Below, piece by piece: positions 50,667-60,727 of a DNA stretch of 64,000 bases. The DNA comes from an uncultured delta proteobacterium (lineage in GTDB: Bacteria > Desulfobacterota > Syntrophia > Syntrophales > UBA5619): positions 96,001 through 160,000 of the forward strand of contig CAWFOM010000008.1 in assembly GCA_963817385.1 (NCBI GenBank), in the 5' to 3' direction. Positions within the stretch are counted from its first letter, which is position 1; each line of letters begins with the position of its first letter. Under the pieces are notes generated by a model, which saw nothing but the letters and a program-made list of their open reading frames with translations, had not been told where the DNA came from and did no database searches. A program made the translations under genes and the position numbers.

Positions 50667-51356
50667 ATGCATGCAGTTCCTGACGATTACAATCGGGGAC
50701 ACCGGAAGCGGCTGAAGGAGAAATTCACGGCATCGGGGACGGACGCCTTCCATGAGCACGAGGTCCTGGAACTTCTCCTGACCTATGCGATTCCCCAAAA
50801 AGACGTCAAGCCCCCGGCCAAGGAGCTCCTGAGGATATTCGGTTCCCTCAAGGGGGTCGTGGATGCGGAGATCGCCGATCTGGTGAAGACCAAGGGCATC
50901 GGCGAGCACTCCGCCATCCTGTTCAAACTGGTCAAGGAGATTGCCGCGCTCTATCTCAAGCAGAGGGCAAAGGAGAAGAGGCAGGTCACCTGCACGACCG
51001 AACTGATCGATTTCTGCCGGACGGTCATGGGCGGGAAGAGGGACGAAGAGTTCTGCGTGATCTACCTCGACGCCCAGAACCAGATCATCGAATTCGAAAC
51101 CATCCAGAAAGGCGTCGTCAACCAGGCTGTTGTCTACCCGCGGCAGGTCCTGGAAAGCGCCCTGAAGAAAAAGGCCTCAGCGATCATCCTCGCCCACAAC
51201 CACCCCTCGGGCCATGTGCGCCCCTCCGATGCCGATATCCGCCTTACGAAAACAATCCAGGAAACGGCGAAGATACTGGACATCCTCGTCCATGACCATA
51301 TCATCGTCGGCGAAAACCGCTTCTTCAGCTTCCGGGAAGAGGGGTTGATGCCCTGA
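50667..51356 (+). CDS. radC: RadC / JAB-MPN domain protein
   Basis: GHRKRLK, ELLLTYAIP, AHNHPSG, DHIIVG. Confidence 0.92.
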   Translation: MHAVPDDYNRGHRKRLKEKFTASGTDAFHEHEVLELLLTYAIPQKDVKPPAKELLRIFGSLKGVVDAEIADLVKTKGIGEHSAILFKLVKEIAALYLKQRAKEKRQVTCTTELIDFCRTVMGGKRDEEFCVIYLDAQNQIIEFETIQKGVVNQAVVYPRQVLESALKKKASAIILAHNHPSGHVRPSDADIRLTKTIQETAKILDILVHDHIIVGENRFFSFREEGLMP

Positions 51357-51497
51357 TCGAGGAGCGGCGCCGGACCGAAACGGGGGGGTTCGTTCCCCGC
51401 CCGATCATGGCGGTTGCCGACAGGATCATCATCGCCACAACCTGAGATCGTACCGACAGCGAACCGGATGTCCTCATCGACCTCCCGGAGATTGAGA

Positions 51498-51538
51498 CAA
51501 AGCGCAGAGAGGGGATTTTTCCGCCTGTCTGCGCTTTG
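51498..51538. terminator. Hairpin between the convergent radC and MCP genes
   Basis: CAAAGCGCAGA...TCTGCGCTTTG. Confidence 0.55.
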
Positions 51539-51572
51539 CCTTAGTGCGTTTTAGAGTAACGGTGAGCGTCGG

Positions 51573-53209
51573 TTAAAAATCTTTGAACTCCCCCTCATTC
51601 ATAGGAATCACCTGCTCCGGACGGGTGACCTTCTTGAACGCCTTGCCGCGGGCGGCAGACGTATTGCCGGCCGTCTTTGCCGGCAACGCCAATGCCGTGT
51701 GGGTGCCCACCTGTTCACGCCGTAAATCCCGGCCATTTCCCCCATGACTTCCCGTACCGTTATTTGTGCTGCCGCCCGCAACCCTCACCAGATCTTCCAC
51801 ATACACCTTTCATCTGCTCCGCCTGGGCGTTGAGCTCCTCCGAGGCCGCCGCGGATTCCTCCGCATTGGCCGCCGTCGACTGCGTCACCTTGTCCATCTC
51901 CGCCACCGCGATGTTCACCTGCTTAATCCCGTGCGATTGCTCCTCGGACGCCGTGGCGATCTCATCCACCAATTGTGCAATCTTTATTGAAATCGCCGCA
52001 TTCTCCTTGAACGCCTCCTGGGTGGCATTCGTCAGTTCATTGCCTTTGCGTACCGCCTTGATCGTGTTCTCAATCAGATTGCTCGTGTTCTTCGCCGCAT
52101 CCGAGGCCCGCATCGCCAGATTGCGCACCTCATCGGCCACTACGGCAAAACCGGCCCCCGCTTCCCCGGCCCGGGCCGCCTCCACCGCCGCATTCAAGGC
52201 CAGCAGGTTCGTCTGGAAGGCGATCTCATCGATCGTCTTGATGATCTTCCCCGTCTCTTCGCTCGACCGGGTGATCTCACCTACGGCGCCGGCCATGTCC
52301 ACCATATGCCGATTCACCTTCTCCACAATCTGATTGGCCTCCGTCATCATCGCCTTGGCCTGGTTTGCGTGATCGGCGTTCTGCTTGGTCATCGACGACA
52401 TCTCTTCCAGCGAAGAAGAGGTCTCCTCCAGCGACGAGGCCTGCTCCGAGGTCCCCTCCGCCAAGGACTGGCTCGACGAAGACACCTGACTGGCCGCCGA
52501 GGACACCTGGTCGGCGCCGTCCGTCAGACCGGCAATGACCCTGTTCAAAGGACCGGTGATGCTGCGGATAATAATGATGCTGATTCCGATGCCCAGCAAA
52601 ATGGAAACCAGGGAAAGAATAATCATAATCGTTGTTGCATTTCCTGCATCAGCCGTAATTTCTTTTTGAACGGCTACCATCTTATCCGAAGCCTCCGCCG
52701 CCATATCCTTCGCCGCTTTTTCTATTCTCCGCACAGGATCCTTGGCTTTTTCCAAAGCGTCGTTCCCCTCTTTTACGGACTTTACTTTTCCGTCCTTGAT
52801 CATGATCGTACAGAATATCAATCGCCGCCATCATACGTTTGAAGATCCTTTTTCATCTCATCGATGCGTTCTTTTTCTTTTGGATCGGTGATCGCTTTTT
52901 CCATATCAGCGACTCTCGCCGACACACTCGCCTGCTCTTTTTTCCAATCTTCAAAATAGACTTTTACCTTTTCGGGCTCTCATAATTTATCAGCATGTCC
53001 TTTTCATACCGGCGCAGTCCAAGGGTATTGGCGCGCGCCCTGGATGCATTCTCCGACATCTCGAAACTCGTATTCACCGCTTTGACTGTTGTGCCGGTAA
53101 TCTTTTTCACACTCCAGATACCAAATACTGCGATCAGAGTCGTCAATACCAGCACAATTCCAAATCCCGATAAGAGGTTTGTTTTTATACTCCTTTTTGT
53201 CATTTTCAT
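51573..53209 (-). CDS. Methyl-accepting chemotaxis protein, interrupted by several single-base indels (error or pseudogene)
   Basis: TM1, periplasmic sensor, TM2, [35 protein letters not shown]-terminal EFKDF pentapeptide; frame breaks near 52970, 52805-52825 and 51805. Confidence 0.85.
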
Positions 53210-53265
53210 AAGCACCTCCTTATGCTTTTTTCGAGCTGCCGCTTTCCAGCAGCGCCCATTATTTG

Positions 53266-53775
53266 TTACGCAGACTTGTCCATAATGGATATCTCTTCCG
53301 CGCTGAGCACCCGGTCGATATCCAGCAGGATCTTGACCTTTCCGCCGGTTTTGGCCATTCCCAGGATGTAATCCGTATTCAGATGGCTTCCGAAACTTGG
53401 GGTATCCTCGATATCGCTCCCCTTGATATTCAGAACCTCCGATACGGAATCCACCAGTATCCCGATCATCACCTTCTGGCCGTTGTTGGTGATCTCCACC
53501 ACGATGATACAGGTCTTCTCCGTGTAATCGATCGCCTCCATCCCGAACTTCAACCGCAGATCGACGATCGGTATCACCTTCCCCCGCAAATTGATCACCC
53601 CCTTCATGTAGGCCGGCGTCTGGGGAACCGTCGTGATCGCCATGATCCCGATGATCTCCTTCACCTTCAGGATGCCGATCCCGTACTCCTCCCCCGCCAA
53701 CACAAAGGTGAGATATTTCCCCTCGCGATTCGCCATCGCCTTCACCGCCTGATCCATTGTTCCAACTTCACCCAT
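53266..53775 (-). CDS. cheW: Chemotaxis coupling protein CheW
   Basis: KYLTF, VKEIIG, GVINLRGKVIPIVDLR, GILVDSVSEV. Confidence 0.95.
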   Translation of the reverse strand: MGEVGTMDQAVKAMANREGKYLTFVLAGEEYGIGILKVKEIIGIMAITTVPQTPAYMKGVINLRGKVIPIVDLRLKFGMEAIDYTEKTCIIVVEITNNGQKVMIGILVDSVSEVLNIKGSDIEDTPSFGSHLNTDYILGMAKTGGKVKILLDIDRVLSAEEISIMDKSA

Positions 53776-53777
53776 AA

Positions 53778-54002
53778 TTATCGCACCTCCTCCGTTTTTT
53801 TGTGATCGCTCGCCGGATGATCCTCCCTGCGCCCATTTCCGGTAATCAGCCGTTCTATCTTCTCCAGGTCGAACCGCCAGGATTTCCCAAACTTGAATCC
53901 CGGCAACTTCCCTTTCGACGCCAAACTGCACACGGTGTTCTCCTTCAACCGGAGAAAGGCTGCAACCTCCCTGACTGTCGCCATTTGTATCCCTGTACGC
54001 AT
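53778..54002 (-). CDS. Excisionase-like (HTH_17/MerR-type) small DNA-binding protein
   Basis: TVREVAAFLRLKENTVCSLASKGKLPGFKFGKSWRF; SD GAGGAG. Confidence 0.85.
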   Translation of the reverse strand: MRTGIQMATVREVAAFLRLKENTVCSLASKGKLPGFKFGKSWRFDLEKIERLITGNGRREDHPASDHKKTEEVR

Positions 54003-54155
54003 ACGTTTCTCCTCTCCGCCCTTCCTTCAGCAGGGGAACCGATTATGACTCCCTCCTTGCTCACACCTTTAGACTATATGCACCCTTCTTAATTTATGGG
54101 GGGCTTCATTCTTCCCGATACCGCAGCAACGAGGCGAAGGTGCCCGTACGCCCTT

Positions 54156-54533
54156 CTATTGCAGTTCCCGCTTTTCATTCATCCTCGTCAGAACGGCCGC
54201 GACATCGAGATAATCACTATCGTTATAGCTGACCATCCGGGGACGCAGGCGGTGTCCCATGGCCACCGTCTCATCGTCGCGATCCGGCAAAACCAGAATT
54301 ATCCTCATGCCCGACAACAGATCCTGCATGTCAAGGAGGTGCGAAAGCTCGTCCTTGCTGGCAGGGGCAAGGAGTACCACGTCCTTATAGTTGTACGGCT
54401 CGTGCAGCTTCTTCCCCAATCCCTCAAGATCCTGGTATTTCTCGATCCTGCGCTTCAAGAAAAAAAGGGCGATGATCCGCTCCAGGCGTTCACCTTGCTC
54501 GTTTGATACACTCAAATAGAATATGATGTTCAT
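54156..54533 (-). CDS. Hypothetical protein, degenerate receiver-like fold
   Basis: Alternating beta/alpha pattern (NIIFY, DVVLLA, RIILVL, LRPR) without a clear acidic pocket. Confidence 0.6.
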   Translation of the reverse strand: MNIIFYLSVSNEQGERLERIIALFFLKRRIEKYQDLEGLGKKLHEPYNYKDVVLLAPASKDELSHLLDMQDLLSGMRIILVLPDRDDETVAMGHRLRPRMVSYNDSDYLDVAAVLTRMNEKRELQ

Positions 54534-54592
54534 GCATGCATCTCTTGTTACGGGTACAGGAACAATCTGATCGTTGCGACGTCTTCCCTATA

Positions 54593-54607
54593 TCAAGTTG
54601 CATGCCA
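54593..54607 (-). promoter_or_regulatory. Sigma54 promoter (GG-N10-GA variant)
   Basis: TGGCATGCAACTTGA, about 60 bp upstream of the 125-aa ORF. Confidence 0.65.
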
Positions 54608-54748
54608 GGGAGACGCAGTGAGCCGTGCTTTGCGCGGAGAATAAATATATTTCCGTGATTTTAGCTTGTTAGAGATACCGACGAATGTCTTTGAGTGGGG
54701 ATTGTTCGGGAAAAGAGGGGATGCCGTCATCGCCCGGGCGCCGATTTT

Positions 54749-54807
54749 ATCCGGACCGGGAGGACTCCTGTCCGGCGTGGCAGGACGGTTGAGCGGCGCG
54801 GCAGGAC
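54749..54807. promoter_or_regulatory. Three 17-bp repeats at 21-bp period (GTCC-N9-GGAC-like), putative enhancer
   Basis: ATCCGGACCGGGAGGAC, GTCCGGCGTGGCAGGAC, GAGCGGCGCGGCAGGAC ending at 54765, 54786 and 54807. Confidence 0.65.
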
Positions 54808-54823
54808 AAACTGACAGAAGGTT

Positions 54824-56278
54824 TTACAAAGAGATACTCATCCCGTGCCGCCGCAGCAGTTCGTAAAGACGGGAGCGGGAAAGGCCGGAGATACGGGCGG
54901 CGGCGCCGATCTTATGGCCGCTGAAAGACAAAAGGTTTTTCAGATACTCTGCTTCCGCCTTATCGAGAGCCAGGTCGCGCACATCCTGGAGTGTCGGAAA
55001 ACCGGGCTCCGGACTCCCGGGCGGACACCCGTAATCGGACGAGGCGGAATCGTCATTCGATCCTTCCGGGATGACTGTCTCTATCTCCTTTTGCTGCCGG
55101 CCGAGGGCGGTCTGGGCGACTTTGATGCGGATATTGGTCGGAAGGTGTTTGAGGAATACCGTGGCTTCATGTTTCGCGACGGCAATAACCCGTTCGAGCG
55201 TCAGAACCAGTTCCCGGACATTCCCCGGCCATTCATACCGGATAAGGGCATCCTGGACATCCGGGGAGATCTCCTTGATCGGGATTCCGTACCGCTCGGA
55301 AAGTTTGGCCATGTAATGCCACGCCAATTCGCTGATATCCTCCGGACGCTTTCTCAACGGCGGTATCTCGATCGTGAAAGAGCGCAGGCGGTAGAGGAGA
55401 TCATTGCGAAAGAGGCCCTGCTGGATCATTTCATCCAGATTGCGATTGGTGGCGGCGATGAGCCGGAAATTGCTCTCTACCTCATGATTGCTTCCCAGGG
55501 GCCGAAAACGCCTCTCCTGGAGGACGCGGAGAAACCCCTTCTGGATGGCCATGGGGAGTTCGCCGACCTCATCGAGAAAGAGCGTCCCGCCGTCCGCCTG
55601 TTTGATCAGTCCTTCACTGGCCGTTTCGGCGCCGGTATACGCCCCTTTCTCATGACCGAACAGCATGCTCTCCACGAGGGTGTCCGTGAGTGATGCACAA
55701 TCGACCACGACAAAATTTTTCCTACCCGTCTGACTGTTGCGATGGATGGCCCAGGCGAGGAGCTCCTTTCCCGTGCCGGTTTCGCCGGTTATGAGGACAT
55801 TCGCCGACGAATCCGCCGCCTGGGCAACATTGTCGAGGCAGATCATCATCGCGGTGCTGCTTCCCACGATTCCGTCCCGGTCAAGGGGTCTTTTCGGCTT
55901 CCGGATGTTGACTGCTTCCCGATACTTGATGGCCCTGGTCAAGGGTAGAATCATCTCGTTGAGGGAGAAAGGCTTCTCTATGTAATCCCACGCGCCGTTG
56001 TTGATGGCCAGTTCGGCGCCGTCGGCATCGCCTCTGCCGGTCATGATGATCACCTCCGGGGGAACGGGAAGATTCCGGATGACATTGAGCGCTTCAAGAC
56101 CGTTTCCATCGGGCATGAGAACATCGAGGTAGACGACATCAATGGGCTGGGATCTCACCTTTTCCAGGGCATCCGCCAAGGTGTAGGAATTCGAAACCTG
56201 GTGTCCGATACCGGCAATACGGCAGGCCAAGCCATCGCCGAGCAGCTTGTCATCATCGACAATCAGGATGTTTGCCAT
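54824..56278 (-). CDS. Sigma54-dependent NtrC-family response regulator
   Basis: REC (ILIVDDD, LDVLMPD, KP), GETGTGKE, GAYTGA, WPGNVREL, HTH. Confidence 0.93.
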   Translation of the reverse strand: MANILIVDDDKLLGDGLACRIAGIGHQVSNSYTLADALEKVRSQPIDVVYLDVLMPDGNGLEALNVIRNLPVPPEVIIMTGRGDADGAELAINNGAWDYIEKPFSLNEMILPLTRAIKYREAVNIRKPKRPLDRDGIVGSSTAMMICLDNVAQAADSSANVLITGETGTGKELLAWAIHRNSQTGRKNFVVVDCASLTDTLVESMLFGHEKGAYTGAETASEGLIKQADGGTLFLDEVGELPMAIQKGFLRVLQERRFRPLGSNHEVESNFRLIAATNRNLDEMIQQGLFRNDLLYRLRSFTIEIPPLRKRPEDISELAWHYMAKLSERYGIPIKEISPDVQDALIRYEWPGNVRELVLTLERVIAVAKHEATVFLKHLPTNIRIKVAQTALGRQQKEIETVIPEGSNDDSASSDYGCPPGSPEPGFPTLQDVRDLALDKAEAEYLKNLLSFSGHKIGAAARISGLSRSRLYELLRRHGMSISL

Positions 56279-56507
56279 GGTGTTTTCATCTCCACGGTTC
56301 GGCTCACAAAATCAAAACCGGTCGCGGTGTGCCGCCCTGTTTCATCAGGAAGGCCGAGACCTCGTTGACCGTGGGTTCTCCATAGGAGAGGAAGATCAAG
56401 CCGCACGGTTACGAAAAAAAGGGGATCATAAATGACCCCCGGGGTGTTCGTAATTGATGATGCGGGTTGCCTGAAGATCTTTCTTGCACCAGGCGAAGGT
56501 CACCGGC

Positions 56508-56789
56508 CTATTTCTTCCTGTCGACCCGCTCTTTTAGCTCCTTGCCGACCTTGAAGAACGGGAGCTTTTTGGGAGAAACCTTGATGCTCTTTCCGGTCTT
56601 GGGGTTTCTTCCCGTATAGGCGTCATATTTCCGTACGACGAAGCTTCCGAATCCGCGGATTTCAATCCGGCCGCTTTTTTTCAGTTCATCGGTAAACCCT
56701 TTAAATACCAGGCTTACCACGTCAATCGCCTTCTTTTCCGTCAGGTTTTCTTTTCTACTTAACGTCTCAATGAGTCCCGATTTGTTCAT
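56508..56789 (-). CDS. Integration host factor beta-like / HU family protein
   Basis: MNKSGLI, RIEIRGFGSF, GRNPKTG, PFFKVGKELKERV. Confidence 0.9.
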   Translation of the reverse strand: MNKSGLIETLSRKENLTEKKAIDVVSLVFKGFTDELKKSGRIEIRGFGSFVVRKYDAYTGRNPKTGKSIKVSPKKLPFFKVGKELKERVDRKK

Positions 56790-56879
56790 GACCTCCTCCT
56801 TATGATGGCTGATCACGTCCCATTCCGATACCCTCGGCTAAACATCGGGTCGGTTCAAATAACGTGATAATATATATCT

Positions 56880-57662
56880 TTATTTTCGGCGACTATTATT
56901 TATTTTCAAATGAATGTCAAGACAATTTTTTCCCTCTTGCCCGCCTCTTGCTAGCGCCAAAAGCCGAGCTACTTCCCGCGGGTTCAGCATGCGCCACGAT
57001 CCCTCGCGGAGGGAGCCGAGGGAGAAATCCGCCACGGCGACGCGCACCAGGCGGGCGACACAATGGCCGAGTGAGTCGAATGCCCTCCTGATAACGCGGT
57101 TTCTTCCGTCGGTGATGGTGAGGGAAAGCCAGGTGCTCCCCCGGTTCGTCTTTTCGAGACGGATGTCAGCCGGAGCGAATCTTCCGTCGGGCAGGTCAAT
57201 CCCGTTTTCCAGGGCCTTGAGTTCCCCTTTGAGGAGAGTCCCCTCCACCTTGACGCGGTAGGTCTTCGGGATCCTGTACCGGGGATGCTGAAGTCGCTGG
57301 GCAAACTCCCCGTCGTTGGTCAGGATGAGGAGCCCCTCCGAGTCATAGTCCAGTCGTCCGACGGGGTATACGCGCTCCATCACCCCGTTGAGAAGATCCG
57401 TCACGATTGGCCGGCCCTGCGGATCGCTCAAGGTCGTCACATACCCCTGCGGCTTGTGCAGCATGAGATAGATCCGTTCGGCTTCCAGTGAGACCAGCCT
57501 GCCGTCCACCCGGATTTCATCCCGCTCGGGATCTGCCTTCGTTCCCGGCTCGGTCACCACGACCCCGTTTACCCGGATCCGCCCCTGGGCCATCATCTTT
57601 TCCGCCGCTCGCCGGGATGAGATGCCCGCCCTCGAGAGGATCTTCTGCAGACGCTCTTCCAT
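56880..57662 (-). CDS. rluB: rRNA pseudouridine synthase (RluB/RsuA family)
   Basis: ERLQKILSRAGISSRR S4 domain, PVGRLDYDSEGL, GRNRVIRR. Confidence 0.9.
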   Translation of the reverse strand: MEERLQKILSRAGISSRRAAEKMMAQGRIRVNGVVVTEPGTKADPERDEIRVDGRLVSLEAERIYLMLHKPQGYVTTLSDPQGRPIVTDLLNGVMERVYPVGRLDYDSEGLLILTNDGEFAQRLQHPRYRIPKTYRVKVEGTLLKGELKALENGIDLPDGRFAPADIRLEKTNRGSTWLSLTITDGRNRVIRRAFDSLGHCVARLVRVAVADFSLGSLREGSWRMLNPREVARLLALARGGQEGKNCLDIHLKINNSRRK

Positions 57663-57666
57663 GCCC

Positions 57667-58224
57667 CTACTCTTGCTGCTTTCCAAAATCAGCTTCCGAA
57701 GCGGTCTCCTGCAAATCCTTCAATTCTCTGAGCGTCGGCAATTCGGACAGATCCCTGAGGTTGAAGACCTCGAGAAATTTCTTGGTGGTTCCGTAGATGA
57801 TCGGTTTGCCGGGGACATCCTTTCTGCCGACGATCCGGACAAGCTTCTTGTCCAGAAGCCCCTTCAGGGCGCCGCTCACATCGACGCCGCGTATCCGGTC
57901 GATCTCGGATTTCACGAGCGGCTGACGGTAGGCGATCACCGCCAGGGTCTCAAGGGCGGCCGGCGACAGCATCGCGGGCCGTGCGGCCTTCAATTTCCTG
58001 ATCCAGGGAGCCAGGTCCTGCCTCGTTCTGAACTGGAAACCGCCGGCTACCTGCATGAGGCGAATCCCCCCTCCCCGCGCTTCGTATTCCCGTCCCAGCT
58101 CCTCAAGGAGAGCAGTGATCTCCTTCTTCTCCGCATCAGGGAGAATCTCCGCCACCCGCTCAGGCGTAAGAGGAGTTTCTGAGGCGAAGATGAGCGCTTC
58201 GATGATCGCCGTCTTTTCTTCCAT
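57667..58224 (-). CDS. scpB: SMC-Scp complex subunit ScpB
   Basis: IEALIFAS, LSPAALETLAVIAYRQP, IRGV, YGTTKKFL. Confidence 0.92.
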   Translation of the reverse strand: MEEKTAIIEALIFASETPLTPERVAEILPDAEKKEITALLEELGREYEARGGGIRLMQVAGGFQFRTRQDLAPWIRKLKAARPAMLSPAALETLAVIAYRQPLVKSEIDRIRGVDVSGALKGLLDKKLVRIVGRKDVPGKPIIYGTTKKFLEVFNLRDLSELPTLRELKDLQETASEADFGKQQE

Positions 58225-58226
58225 GA

Positions 58227-58950
58227 TCACTCCACCGCCAGAAACAACCGTGATTGCTCCGAAGGGTCCCGACTGATAGGCCCGGATCATCCGGAGTTTC
58301 ATGAGTTCAAGGATCGCCAGAAAGGTGTAGATGATCCGCTTCCTGTCCAATGTATCTCCGAGCAGTTCCGTGAACGTCACCTGTTTTTCTTCCGCCAATC
58401 TCTCCATGATCTCGTTGATCCGGTCGGTCAGCGACATCTTCTCCGCATCGATTGCCAGATCCTCCGACTTGTCGAGGCCTGCAATGATCCGGCGAAATGC
58501 CTGAACGAGTTCGAATACGTCGACCTCGATCATCGCTTCTTCCTCTTCTTCCGCTTCCGCCGGCTCTTCCGCGGGCGCGCCCCGGGTAAAGACATCCCGG
58601 TCAAGAAGAGGACGATCATCAAGAGAGAGCGCCGCTTCCTTGAACGCCTGGTACTCCAGAAGTTGCTGGACCAGTTCCGCGCGGGGATCTTCCCCCTCCT
58701 CCCCTTCCGCATCACTCTCGACCGGCGGCAGGAGCAGCCGCGACTTGATATGGATGAGCGTCGAGGCCAGCACCAGGTATTCCCCGGCGAGATCCAGATT
58801 CAGAGAACGCATCATATCGAGGTATTCCAGGTACTGCTCGGTGATCAGGGCAATGGGGATATTGTAGATATCGATCTCATTTTTCCGGATGAGATAGAGC
58901 AGAAGATCCAGGGGACCCTCAAAGATGTCGAGCTTGATTTCATAGCTCAT
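58227..58950 (-). CDS. scpA: Segregation/condensation protein A; a 1-bp insertion near 58251 creates an apparent fusion to scpB
   Basis: FEGPLDLLLYLI, IKSRLLLP, FLAILELMK; removing one base gives ...GAIRLFLAVE*. Confidence 0.9.
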
Positions 58951-59941
58951 GGTTTATTTTCAGGGCTTCCCGCACTTCCGCCAGTGTGGCCTTCGCGATC
59001 CCGGCGGCCCGGACATTGCCGTCTTGAATGATCGCCCTGACCTCTTCGGGATGGGCCAGGTAGTGCGCCCGTCGCTCATGGATCGGCCGCATCCCTTCCG
59101 CAACGGCATCGGCCAGCCGCCGCTTGCATTCCGTGCAGCCGATGGCCGCACTCCGGCAGGCGGGTTCAATCTCCGCGACCGTCTCCGGAAGCGAGTAGAG
59201 CTGGTGAAAGGTGTAGACGTTGCAGAGTTCCGGACGGCCGGGATCGCTTTTCCGCTGTCGCTGCGGATCGGTGAACATTGCCGCGACCTTCTTTTGCAGG
59301 GCTTCTCCCCGATCGCTCATGAAGATCGAATTATCGTAGGATTTGCTCATCTTCCTCCCGTCGATGCCCAGGAGTTTCGGGACCTCCGCAAGGAGCGGCT
59401 CGGGGATGGGAAAGATCTCCCCATAGAGAAAATTGAAACGGCGGGCGATCTCCCGCGTCAACTCCACATGGGGGAGCTGATCGACGCCGACCGGCACGCC
59501 GTAGGCCTTGTACATGATGATGTCCGCCGCCTGAAGGACCGGATAGCCGAGAAAGCCGAACGTCGAGAGGTCTTTCCCGATAAGCTCCTCCTTCATCTCC
59601 TTGTAGGTCGGATTCCTCTCCAGCCAGGCAAGGGGGGTGATCATGGAGAGCAACAGAAAAAGCTCGGCATGTTCCTTGATGGTCGACTGGACGAAAAGCG
59701 TGCTTTTCGCCGGATCCAGACCGGCAGAGAGCCAGTCGATTACCATGTCGATCGTGTTCGCCCGGATTTCGTCCGTTTTCGCGTAGTCGCTCGTGAGCGC
59801 GTGCCAGTCGGCTACAAAGTAGTAGCAGTCGTACGCGCCATGATTCTGAAGGGCGATCCAGTTCGAAAGCGCACCGTGAAGATTGCCCAGATGGAGCTTT
59901 CCCGTGGGTCGCATCCCGCTCAAAATCCGTTTTCTGATCAC
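58940..59941 (-). CDS. trpS: Tryptophan--tRNA ligase
   Basis: SGMRPTGKLHLGN, YPVLQAADI, VPVGVDQ, KMSKS; SD GAGGAGG before GTG. Confidence 0.96.
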   Translation of the reverse strand: MIRKRILSGMRPTGKLHLGNLHGALSNWIALQNHGAYDCYYFVADWHALTSDYAKTDEIRANTIDMVIDWLSAGLDPAKSTLFVQSTIKEHAELFLLLSMITPLAWLERNPTYKEMKEELIGKDLSTFGFLGYPVLQAADIIMYKAYGVPVGVDQLPHVELTREIARRFNFLYGEIFPIPEPLLAEVPKLLGIDGRKMSKSYDNSIFMSDRGEALQKKVAAMFTDPQRQRKSDPGRPELCNVYTFHQLYSLPETVAEIEPACRSAAIGCTECKRRLADAVAEGMRPIHERRAHYLAHPEEVRAIIQDGNVRAAGIAKATLAEVREALKINHEL

Positions 59942-59975
59942 CGAGACCTCCTCGCTTGAGAACCCTCTCTGCAAC

Positions 59976-60014
59976 GAAAATGCCTCCATTAAAAAATAAA
60001 TGGAGGCCTTTTCG
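59976..60014 (-). terminator. Intrinsic terminator after the HU gene
   Basis: GCCTCCATT...AATGGAGGC flanked by A/T runs. Confidence 0.6.
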
Positions 60015-60036
60015 GTTCGACTCGTCAGTAATCCGG

Positions 60037-60309
60037 TTATTTTACTTTGTCTGCCATCGCCTTGCCTGCCTTGAACTTGATGACTTTCTTCGCTGCAATC
60101 TTGATGGTCTTTCCCGTCTGCGGGTTCCTTCCTTCCCTGGCCTTCCTCTTCACCACGGAAAATGTTCCGAACCCTACCAGTCCGAGTTTACCGCTTTTCT
60201 TGAGTTCCTTCGCCACTGCCGTGGTATAGGCCTCCAGTGCACACGCCGCGGCCGCCTTCGTAATGTCCGCCCCTTCCGCCATCACCGCAATCAATTCTGC
60301 CTTTGTCAT
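60037..60309 (-). CDS. hup: DNA-binding protein HU
   Basis: MTKAELI, LVGFGTF, REGRNPQTG, KFKAGK. Confidence 0.93.
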   Translation of the reverse strand: MTKAELIAVMAEGADITKAAAACALEAYTTAVAKELKKSGKLGLVGFGTFSVVKRKAREGRNPQTGKTIKIAAKKVIKFKAGKAMADKVK

Positions 60310-60727
60310 TCCTTACATCCCCCTTTCATCAATAGTTTTTAATGGAACATAACATCACACCACCACCCGGTGGCTAAACACCTATCGATTTATCCCCGGA
60401 GAACGGGACACACACCAGTACAAACACCATCTTCTCTCTGTCACTCATTATACCCGATGCTGCGAATATAAGCGGTGCTAACCGGAAACGGTGCATATTG
60501 TTTCAATATACCGAAAATTGTTAATGATTTATAGAGCAATCGCTTCGCGATCCGAACTTGGGGTTATCCCTAACACAAAGAAAAACAACAATCAAGAAAA
60601 ATCTAATATAATTAATCAAAATGAACGACAAAAAATCGGCAGCCCGGAAATGGCGGTGGTTTGACAATGATCGGGCTTTGTGTTACTCCACTGGCGGGCA
60701 CAAGAGAAGGGATGAAAGATAAATCGG

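Noticed and set aside
50667..51356. RadC/JAB protein as part of a defence island or mobile element
   Set aside because: Full-length housekeeping-type RadC with N-terminal HhH region; no E1/E2, CBASS or mobile neighbours
53778..54002. Excisionase as a sign of a prophage or ICE
   Set aside because: No integrase, att repeats or phage genes nearby; it is embedded in a cheW-MCP unit
54003..54155. Possible c-di-GMP riboswitch upstream of the chemotaxis genes
   Set aside because: No GEMM-type conserved motifs recognisable; only purine-rich sequence and a weak hairpin
57667..58950. Apparent natural ScpA-ScpB fusion (427 aa)
   Set aside because: Removing one base near 58251 gives a normal ScpA end (GAIRLFLAVE*) followed 2 nt later by the scpB ATG; consistent with the indel errors elsewhere
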